Shown here: one piece after another, positions 16,510 to 23,870 of the stretch
How positions within the stretch are numbered: the stretch's first letter is position 1
How the letters are laid out: every line of letters starts with the position of its first letter
Origin: an uncultured Candidatus Peribacteria bacterium
GTDB taxonomy: Bacteria > Patescibacteriota > Gracilibacteria > UBA1369 > JABINC01
Length of the DNA stretch: 31,747 nt
Direction: 5' to 3'
Assembly: GCA_964358905.1 (NCBI GenBank)
Contig: CAYHQD010000002.1
Span: 1-31,747 of the forward strand
Position numbers and translations under genes: made by a program
Notes under the pieces: generated by a model
Seen by the model: the letters and a program-made list of their open reading frames with translations, nothing else
Databases searched by the model: none
What the model was told of the DNA's origin: nothing

Positions 16510-18042
16510 ATGAATGACGTGAAAACAAAGTTAGGGCAAATTGAAACCTATGAACATGATGCTTCTCGTTTCAAAGCGGAGCTCAGGTCTCGGTTAGTGC
16601 ATGAATACGCGATGCGCGTGGAGGAAAATAAAGGTGAGTATGAGCCAAGGTCGTTTAGATGGAGGTTTGCATTTGTACCGGTTATGGCGGCACTGACTCT
16701 TATCGTGTTTATAGGTTATGAGTACCTCGCTCAGCCTTTGACTGCGTATGCGTATCTGGAAGAAGTGGAGCGTCGTATGGCAATTTTGGGAGGTGGCGTG
16801 ACTATTCGTTTGGTGCAGGAATTGGGTGATACGAGTTATGATATAGATGTCAGTCGCGGAAAAGACGGTGATATGAGTATTCGTGTGAAGAGGGCAGGTA
16901 AGGTGGTCGAAGATGTGGTGGTGCAGGAAGGGGTGCTCTATGTAGCGAATATGCCACAAGTTGAAGTACCGGCCGATGATTTAAAGGAGAATCTCACTTC
17001 TATTGTGAATTCCTTGGTGATTGCGGAAGCCGCGGATCCGCGTAACGAGCTAAGTGAAATGATGCGGCGCGAGGGAGTCGAAATAGAGTTACTTGAGGGT
17101 GATAAGAATGGCCTTGTGAAGGTGAGCTATGAGGAGGGCGTCGGCGATGAGGCATATCGTCATGAATTTTTATTTAGGGATTTTGTGCCTGTTGAGAGAA
17201 AGACGATCACTTTGAATGAGGATATCACCACTTCTCTTCGTTCTGTGGCCCAAGAGGTATCCACGGTTTCTTATAAAGAATTTGTACCTCTCGAGAAAGA
17301 GGTGTCGGTGGATCCAGCTCAGTACAGAGTGTTCGTGGAAGATGCCCAATTTACGGAGAAAGTGGATGTATTGCTTGAAACCCGTCTGCCTGACCTAGCC
17401 AGGGAGTATGCAAAATTGCCCGAGGAGAATAAAGTGCGATATCTCGATGTCTGGGAAGATGCCGAAATTTTGTCTGCGCCGGAGGTGACGGCGGTGATGG
17501 ATGAGCGTCCGATTGATGCGATCCCAGTGTTGAAGGTGCGTCTTGAGCCGGTGGAAGCGGTACCGTCGGTAACAGCGAATCCGGAGCTGTTGCGTGACAG
17601 TTACATTGACCGTGAATTTGATGAGATTTTTAGAGAAGTGGTGGAGAAAAAAGATGAGATACCTGTGCCAGTCTTGGTTGTCCCGGAAGTGAAACCTGAT
17701 TACCGAGATGCTTTGATCGATAATTCTATTCCCGAACCGTATATGGCCGAGCCTATAGATCCGATTATTTTGCCTGAAGATAAGGGGTCATATCTCGAGC
17801 CGGTTATCGAAAAAGAAATTCCTATTTTGGATACTAACCTGAAGACGCCCGAGACGACATCGGAAGATACGCCGACTTACATTGAGATACTTGAGGATCG
17901 TGTGAGATCTCAGTATGATGCGGCGGAGCGCAGGCGAGAATCCCGTATGGAAAAGCAGGAGATTCAGCTCAAAGAGTATCAGCCGTTTGAAGGGACTCCG
18001 ATCAAGCTACGCGGAGAAGATGTAAACGTTGATTCAAAATAG
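16510..18042 (+). CDS. Putative single-pass anti-sigma factor with a large acidic extracytoplasmic region
   Basis: Directly downstream of the ECF gene; about 50-aa cytoplasmic N-terminus, one TM (FAFVPVMAALTLIVFIGY), acidic/Pro-rich C-terminus. Confidence 0.6.
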   Translation: MNDVKTKLGQIETYEHDASRFKAELRSRLVHEYAMRVEENKGEYEPRSFRWRFAFVPVMAALTLIVFIGYEYLAQPLTAYAYLEEVERRMAILGGGVTIRLVQELGDTSYDIDVSRGKDGDMSIRVKRAGKVVEDVVVQEGVLYVANMPQVEVPADDLKENLTSIVNSLVIAEAADPRNELSEMMRREGVEIELLEGDKNGLVKVSYEEGVGDEAYRHEFLFRDFVPVERKTITLNEDITTSLRSVAQEVSTVSYKEFVPLEKEVSVDPAQYRVFVEDAQFTEKVDVLLETRLPDLAREYAKLPEENKVRYLDVWEDAEILSAPEVTAVMDERPIDAIPVLKVRLEPVEAVPSVTANPELLRDSYIDREFDEIFREVVEKKDEIPVPVLVVPEVKPDYRDALIDNSIPEPYMAEPIDPIILPEDKGSYLEPVIEKEIPILDTNLKTPETTSEDTPTYIEILEDRVRSQYDAAERRRESRMEKQEIQLKEYQPFEGTPIKLRGEDVNVDSK

Positions 18043-18050
18043 AGTGTGGA

Positions 18051-20105
18051 TTACGCACTCTTTTTACGGAGCAGATAAAATCCCGCGCCGACGCCGACGA
18101 GTACCATGCCTCCTATAATCGCGAGGAGCGGAGTTTTGGTTTTATCAGTTTCGTTTATCTTGAGTACCGTGGTCTCCACCGATTCTCCGAGGTTGAAGGC
18201 TACGGTTGAGTTTTCACTCTTTACACCTGTGGAAGGATCTACGGAATAGAGCCACACGTTGTGGTCGCCTTGTTCCAGGTCACCGCTCGGTGTTATCTCG
18301 AATCGACCTTCACTGTCGGCGATCACCGCAGAGGAAAGGATAAGACTTTGCCAGTATCCTTCTACGATACTTCCCGGCTTTGTATAACCGATGAAGCGTG
18401 GGCGTGTCGCTGATTTTTCCAGGTTGGCAAATGATTCCAGTTTCGGTTTCTCAACTTCGACCGGGGATATTGCCACAGTGAGAGTGAGTTTGGTTTGATC
18501 GGCGATATTGCCATCCGGTCTCATCGCTTTTGCATAGAGCGTGTGGGTTCCTTCGCCCAGTTTGGAAAGTTCTCCGATGAATTTATTTTTTTCATCCGCT
18601 TGAAATTTTCCTACGACTACTTTTTCACTTGTTCCCGGTTTTATGTAGTAAAAGATCATACTTGTCCCTGATGGTGCAGTGCCTTTCATAAGGGGAGTTG
18701 CATCATACGATACTTCTCCTTCTTGCCAGTTTACCACACGTGCTTTCGTAGGATTGTTGAGTGGGAGTTGACGAATTTTTCGTGTGCGTACATTGACGTA
18801 GTCGAGTACTACTTCGGTATCTGTCAGCTCATCATCAAGAGAACGTTCTTCTGTCAGGCTGGTACCCTTGAGTGCTTCATATGCGTCGCTGAGACCGTCA
18901 AAGTCTGTATCTTGCCAACCATTTGCTATGTTGATACCCGTTTCTTTGGCAATTTTCTGTTCAACGAGATCGGGTACGGAGTTGGCGTTTGCATCTACCG
19001 CCAAGCTCTCAGGTGATGCATCGGTGAGACCATACTGCGCTGCTGCGTAGTCGCTCAATCCATCATTATTGCTATCACCTGCAAGGGGGTTTCCTCCTTG
19101 GGCGATTTCTTCACTGTCGAGTACGAGATCTCCGTCTGAGTCCGCATTTGCAGGGTCGGTACCGATATTTCTTTCTTCGTTGTCACTGAGACCGTCCGCA
19201 TCTGAGTCCTCATTGCTCGGGTCTGATCCCATTTCAAATTCCTGAGCATTGCTCAATCCATCATTATCCGAGTCGTTTGAGGCGGTTTCATTTGAATCTA
19301 CACTGAAAAATTGTTCCCAATCATCTGGAAGTTCATTTTTATTGCTATCGGCTTCGGGTGCAGATACAGCCTCGATTCCTTGCTCAGGGCCAGGGGCTAC
19401 AGTTTCACTTGAAGGTGTGGGGGAAGTTGCTTCGGGTGCGGATACGGCCTCGATTCCTTGCTCAGGGACAGGGGTTACCGTTTCACTTGAAGATGTGGGG
19501 GAAGTCGCTTCGGGTGCGGGCGCCACTTCGGTAGTTACTTCTGCATTCGGTTTAGGTTGCACAACTTCAGCGGCTGGTTGTTCCGCTTCTTTGACAGGTT
19601 CTTGTTCTTTTGCCGCTACCGGTGCAGGTACTTTCTCTTCCACTTTTACTTCTTTTGTCACGCTGTAATCCACCGGTTTCTGTCCGGCGTTTACATTGAT
19701 CGAATAGTTCAGGTCGCGGTACCACTCGAGAATTTTACCATGACCATAGAATGCCGTATCGTACAATTTTGCATTATTTGTTACCGCCGTCCAGCAGTCG
19801 CTTGGAATACCCTGCATGAGGGAAGTGAACGCATCGGTAAATTCTTCCGAGGTCGCATATGATTTCCCCGTACCTTTGGTAAAGTTGGGGCAAGAAGATG
19901 CCGTGCCAAGATCGTAAAGGCGCTTTTTGATGATATTCATCATTTCACCATAGTCGTTTCCTTCAAATTCTTTCGCTTGATCCAAATATATAGTATAAAG
20001 ATCGGATGATGCCGCCTGGATGGCCTGCAGAGGGGTTATCACCAAACTTAAAAAAAGTGCGGTAAGCGAAAGCGCACTCAGAATTTTTTTATTTTTGTGT
20101 TGCAT
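18051..20105 (-). CDS. Surface protein: signal peptide, Pro/Glu/Ala linker, DxDxDG (TSP3-like) repeats, Ig-like domains, C-terminal TM anchor
   Basis: 22-aa DSDxDGLS..E...G.DP repeats; GTAPSG and GYTKPGS Ig-like starts; C-terminal AIIGGMVLVGVGAGFYLLRKKSA. Confidence 0.8.
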   Translation of the reverse strand: MQHKNKKILSALSLTALFLSLVITPLQAIQAASSDLYTIYLDQAKEFEGNDYGEMMNIIKKRLYDLGTASSCPNFTKGTGKSYATSEEFTDAFTSLMQGIPSDCWTAVTNNAKLYDTAFYGHGKILEWYRDLNYSINVNAGQKPVDYSVTKEVKVEEKVPAPVAAKEQEPVKEAEQPAAEVVQPKPNAEVTTEVAPAPEATSPTSSSETVTPVPEQGIEAVSAPEATSPTPSSETVAPGPEQGIEAVSAPEADSNKNELPDDWEQFFSVDSNETASNDSDNDGLSNAQEFEMGSDPSNEDSDADGLSDNEERNIGTDPANADSDGDLVLDSEEIAQGGNPLAGDSNNDGLSDYAAAQYGLTDASPESLAVDANANSVPDLVEQKIAKETGINIANGWQDTDFDGLSDAYEALKGTSLTEERSLDDELTDTEVVLDYVNVRTRKIRQLPLNNPTKARVVNWQEGEVSYDATPLMKGTAPSGTSMIFYYIKPGTSEKVVVGKFQADEKNKFIGELSKLGEGTHTLYAKAMRPDGNIADQTKLTLTVAISPVEVEKPKLESFANLEKSATRPRFIGYTKPGSIVEGYWQSLILSSAVIADSEGRFEITPSGDLEQGDHNVWLYSVDPSTGVKSENSTVAFNLGESVETTVLKINETDKTKTPLLAIIGGMVLVGVGAGFYLLRKKSA
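19351..19517. repeat. Intragenic 78-bp tandem repeat (about 2.1 copies, 26-aa unit)
   Basis: Units start at 19351, 19429 and 19507; 71/78 identical by hand count; encodes APEATSPT(S/P)SSETV(T/A)P(V/G)PEQGIEAVS. Confidence 0.9.
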
Positions 20106-20135
20106 ACAAGAAAAATTAAGTGAATAAATCCTGTT

Positions 20136-20164
20136 ATTGTACCATTAATTTGGTGTTTTCACAA
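20136..20164 (-). promoter_or_regulatory. Putative extended -10 promoter of the TSP3-repeat surface protein
   Basis: TTGTGA-N17-TACAAT with TG(G) extension. Confidence 0.5.
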
Positions 20165-20182
20165 TGAGCTTTCGTATTTTTC

Positions 20183-20211
20183 TTGCAAGCCGAGCGGGAA
20201 ATACATACAAT
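20183..20211 (+). promoter_or_regulatory. Putative sigma70 promoter of the second tRNA
   Basis: TTGCAA-N17-TACAAT, 17 nt upstream of the tRNA. Confidence 0.6.
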
Positions 20212-20228
20212 AACCGAGCTGAAATCGT

Positions 20229-20305
20229 GGCAGGGTAGCTCAGTTGGTTAGAGCACAGGACTCATAAGCCTGGGGTCGGCGGTTCGAATCCGCCTCCTGC
20301 TACCA
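20229..20305 (+). tRNA. tRNA with CAT anticodon, non-initiator (elongator Met likely; Ile2 not excluded), CCA encoded
   Basis: 77-nt cloverleaf GGCAGGG...CTCATAA...TTCGAAT...TCCTGCTACCA; paired 1:72 and no 3GC signature. Confidence 0.9.
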
Positions 20306-20332
20306 CTACTGCGAAGCGTAGCTGAGCAGTTT
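20306..20332 (+). repeat. 27-bp tRNA 3'-trailer element, copy 2 (hairpin plus T-tract, possible terminator)
   Basis: CTACTGCGAAGCGTAGCTGAGCAGTTT(TTT). Confidence 0.85.
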
Positions 20333-20393
20333 TTTCTCCCCTGACTGAGGCTGGAATGTTTGCAAATATCTGTTCCGCGAAGCGGCTACCAGT

Positions 20394-20810
20394 TTAGTAT
20401 CTAAACGGATTTTGCGCGAAGAAAAATTCCCACCATCGGCGCAGGTTTGACATGCGTGCGCGCTTCGCTGCGTTTGCCGCTTCAATGTCGTCGAATTCAA
20501 ACACGGAGATCACTGCGGAAGGTGGTATGACTATCACTTCTTCTCTGGAATTTACGCGTCCAAGATTTTGTTTGGCGATCTTGTCTTGGTATTCGGGAGA
20601 AGTATAGTAGGCGTAGCTTTTCATTTTATCTTCTATCTCTTTTTGGAGTTGAATGTTGGTGCGCTCGAAATTCTGAATATGCACGTTGATGCTATAATTA
20701 CGATAGATGGATAAGGTTAGGCTGTAGAGCATATACGCGATCATCAGAAAACCCACGATGATGATCATCATCATGATATTTGAATCTTGCGGGCGGAATT
20801 GAGTCTCCAT
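20394..20810 (-). CDS. Septum formation initiator family protein (FtsB/DivIC-like)
   Basis: Short N-terminus, TM, coiled coil, SPEYQDKIAKQNLG...EEVIVI. Confidence 0.8.
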   Translation of the reverse strand: METQFRPQDSNIMMMIIIVGFLMIAYMLYSLTLSIYRNYSINVHIQNFERTNIQLQKEIEDKMKSYAYYTSPEYQDKIAKQNLGRVNSREEVIVIPPSAVISVFEFDDIEAANAAKRARMSNLRRWWEFFFAQNPFRY

Positions 20811-20931
20811 AAAAAGCTCCTAGGTTGGCTCTTGTAATGTACTATAGAGGGAACATTTTATCCAGTCTTGTTTTCTGGTCTTTTTTGAGATGACGGGGTG
20901 TGTTACATTTTGACGCGATGTAATATAGGGA

Positions 20932-22215
20932 ATGGATGTGTTTCAAAAAGGTACTGTGGTGCATATGGTGGGGATCGGCGGGATTGGTATGAGTGCGCTG
21001 AGGGCTTTTTTGGTCGCGAAGGGGTGCAAGGTGACTGGGAGTGATGTCTCTTTGAAAGGGCATGATGCGTCGTCCGTGACCGAGCGTGTAAAGGTGGTGG
21101 TGATCTCTTACGCGATTCCATCCGAAAATGTCGAAGTTGCGAAGGCGGTGGCGCTCAAAATTCCCGTGATTACCTATCCTGAGGCCGTGGCGGAAGTTAT
21201 CAAGGGTAAAAAAGTATTCTGTGTAAGCGGGACGCATGGTAAATCAACGGTGACGGCCATGCTTGCGCAGATTCTCGTGGAAAGCGGTAAAGATCCGAGT
21301 GTGATCGTTGGGACGAAGGTGCCCGCACTCGAAGGTAAGAACTATCGCGTGGGGAGTTCTGATATTTTTGTGCTTGAAGCGTGTGAGTATAGGGAGGCTT
21401 TTCTCAACTATAGGCCTGATGTATTGGTGATTACGAATGTTGAACCGGATCACCTTGATTATTATAAGACGGCGCGCAATTATTATCGAGCGTTCAAACG
21501 GTTGTGTAGGCAGGTGACGGGAACTGTGGTCGTGAATCGTGAGGATGTTCGCGCCACCGAAATCCTCCGCGGGTATGAGGGTAGGGTGGTGAAGGTGAAA
21601 AAAGCCGATCGCAAAGTGTTTCCGATGCAAGTGTTCGGGGAGCACAATCGGCTCAATGCCTGGCAGGCGATACGGGCGGCGGCTGATGCCGGGGTGAAGC
21701 AGGAGAAGGCGATGAAAATACTGGCTTCATTCAAGGGTACGTGGAGGAGGTTGGAGTATAAAGGTGAATATAATGGCGCAAAACTTTTTGATGATTACGG
21801 ACATCATCCGACTGAGATTTTGGTGACCTTGCGTGCGATACGAGAGCGCTATCCGGAGAGGCGGCTGGTCTGTGTATTTCAGCCGCATCAATACTCGCGA
21901 CTGCATTCTTTTTTTAAGGATTTTGTAAAGGCGCTCGGAACCGCCTCATTTGTCGTCATTCCGAATGTGTATCGTGCACGTGACAGCAAAGAGGATATGG
22001 TGAAGGTGAATGCGGGTATGTTGGTGGATGCACTTAATGTGCAAAAAAACGGATCAGCGGTATATGGGCGAAGTCTTTCAGGTACTGTTCAGATACTAAA
22101 AAAGGCACTTCGTGCCTTGGATGTCTGTGTCGTTATGGGAGCGGGGGATGTGACGCAGGTTTGTCCTATGCTCCTTCAGCCTTCCTCCACCTCACGCCGT
22201 CCGAAGAGTCGATAA
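20932..22215 (+). CDS. murC: UDP-N-acetylmuramate--L-alanine ligase
   Basis: VGIGGIGMSA, GTHGKST, EACEY, DHLDYY, DDYGHHPTEI, VFQPHQYSR. Confidence 0.93.
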   Translation: MDVFQKGTVVHMVGIGGIGMSALRAFLVAKGCKVTGSDVSLKGHDASSVTERVKVVVISYAIPSENVEVAKAVALKIPVITYPEAVAEVIKGKKVFCVSGTHGKSTVTAMLAQILVESGKDPSVIVGTKVPALEGKNYRVGSSDIFVLEACEYREAFLNYRPDVLVITNVEPDHLDYYKTARNYYRAFKRLCRQVTGTVVVNREDVRATEILRGYEGRVVKVKKADRKVFPMQVFGEHNRLNAWQAIRAAADAGVKQEKAMKILASFKGTWRRLEYKGEYNGAKLFDDYGHHPTEILVTLRAIRERYPERRLVCVFQPHQYSRLHSFFKDFVKALGTASFVVIPNVYRARDSKEDMVKVNAGMLVDALNVQKNGSAVYGRSLSGTVQILKKALRALDVCVVMGAGDVTQVCPMLLQPSSTSRRPKSR

Positions 22216-23560
22216 GTTCTATACCTCTCGCCTTTAATTTATCTCGAATTTGGTCGGCCTTTTTGAAATTCTTTTCTTTTCGTGCATCTTCGCGTTCTTT
22301 TATGAGTGATTCGATCTTTACGTCGATAAATGTCTCGCCGTCAACTTCCGTCAAAATGCCGAGCACGCTATCGAAGGAGCGCAGTTGATTTAGTATGTGC
22401 ATGGCGTCTTTGATGGATATTTTTTTATTCGCGATGAATTTGTTTGCTTCACGCATCATATCGAATATAGCTCCCAGAGCCTGCGGTACCTCGAAATCAT
22501 TTTCAAATGCTTTTTCCACCTCCGCTTTGGTTTTTGCAAGCAGTTTGGTGAGTGCGGCGTGGTTTTTTGCATTGCTGGTGTAGGTTTTGAGATTGAAGAC
22601 GAAATCGTTGATACGTCTGAGTGTCTGAACCGCTTGTTCGAGTTGTACGTCGGAGAAATTAATCGGTCCACGGTAGTGTGTTGAAATCAAAAAGAGCCGC
22701 ACCGCTTTCGGATCGTATTTCGCAAAAATATCTTTCAGCGTGAAAAAATTCCCGAGACTCTTGCTCATTTTTTCATTGTCGACCTGTACGAAACCGTTAT
22801 GCATCCAGTACTTCACATACGACTTCTTTGTCGCCGATTCACTTTGGGCGATTTCACATTCGTGATGAGGGAAGATGAGATCGAGTCCCCCTGCGTGAAT
22901 GTCGAAAGGTTGACCGAGCAATTTAGTGCTCATGGCGCTACATTCAATATGCCATCCCGGTCGTCCTTTGCCAAACGGGCTGTCCCATGCGGGCTCACCC
23001 GGTTTTTCAAATTTCCATAGCACAAAATCCGCAGGATTTCGTTTCCCTGTCTTAGTTTTTATACGGATACCCATCTGTAACTCCTCAAGTTTTTGTCCCG
23101 ATAATTTCCCGTATTCGGTATCCTTAGCAATGTCGAAATATACGCCGTCTTCGAGATCGTAAGCATATTTTTTTTCTCTCAGTGTCGCAATGAGTTCGAT
23201 CATCTCTTTGATAAACTCGGTGGCGCGGGGAGTGCGGTCGGGCGGGAGAATATTCAGTCTGCCGTAGTCCTGCGCATAATGGGGGATTATTTTTTCCGCT
23301 AATTCTTTCACTGTGATACCTTCCAGTTTGGCACGTTCGATCATCTTGTCTTCGATGTCCGTATAGTTGGATACGTAGGTTACTTTGAATCCTTTGTATA
23401 TGAAGTATCTGCGGATTATATCAAATGATACCGCGCTTCTGCCATGACCGAGATGAGCGTAGTCATATACCGTAGGTCCACATACATACATGCGTACTTC
23501 GTTTGGGTGAATCGGTGTGAAAAGCTCTTTTTTCTTGCTCAGCGTATTGTGAATTTTCAT
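22166..23560 (-). CDS. cysS: Cysteine--tRNA ligase
   Basis: YVCGPTVYDYAHLGHGR, GRPGWHIECSAM, DLIFPHHECE, KMSKS. Confidence 0.98.
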   Translation of the reverse strand: MKIHNTLSKKKELFTPIHPNEVRMYVCGPTVYDYAHLGHGRSAVSFDIIRRYFIYKGFKVTYVSNYTDIEDKMIERAKLEGITVKELAEKIIPHYAQDYGRLNILPPDRTPRATEFIKEMIELIATLREKKYAYDLEDGVYFDIAKDTEYGKLSGQKLEELQMGIRIKTKTGKRNPADFVLWKFEKPGEPAWDSPFGKGRPGWHIECSAMSTKLLGQPFDIHAGGLDLIFPHHECEIAQSESATKKSYVKYWMHNGFVQVDNEKMSKSLGNFFTLKDIFAKYDPKAVRLFLISTHYRGPINFSDVQLEQAVQTLRRINDFVFNLKTYTSNAKNHAALTKLLAKTKAEVEKAFENDFEVPQALGAIFDMMREANKFIANKKISIKDAMHILNQLRSFDSVLGILTEVDGETFIDVKIESLIKEREDARKEKNFKKADQIRDKLKARGIELIDSSDGVRWRKAEGA

Positions 23561-23572
23561 GCACGGGATTTG

Positions 23573-23830
23573 TTAATTTACGATCAGGTTTACGAGGAGA
23601 TTTCGGACGAGATCGATGGCGATGAGTGCGACGAGCGGGGATATGTCTATCATGCCTATACGCGGGATGATTTTCTGAAAAAAACCGAGTACTGGTTCGG
23701 TGACATCCCTGATAAAAAGGTACAATTTCGACGCTTGATCCACTTTTATCCATGAAAGAATCACACGTACGATAATCGCAAAGCTGAGTAGCTGGAGGAA
23801 TATATTGATAAAGGCGAAAATTAAACTCAT
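23573..23830 (-). CDS. yggT: YggT family membrane protein
   Basis: IIVRVILSW...VTEPVLGFFQKIIPRIGMIDISPLVALI. Confidence 0.9.
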   Translation of the reverse strand: MSLIFAFINIFLQLLSFAIIVRVILSWIKVDQASKLYLFIRDVTEPVLGFFQKIIPRIGMIDISPLVALIAIDLVRNLLVNLIVN

Positions 23831-23870
23831 GGTATGCGCGAGCGGAGCGATTGAATAACGAAGGTATCTC

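Noticed and set aside
14483-20305. Integrated element or prophage between the two tRNAs
   Set aside because: No integrase, transposase or phage genes, and both tRNAs are complete and distinct. Kept only as a minor hypothesis for the shared trailer.
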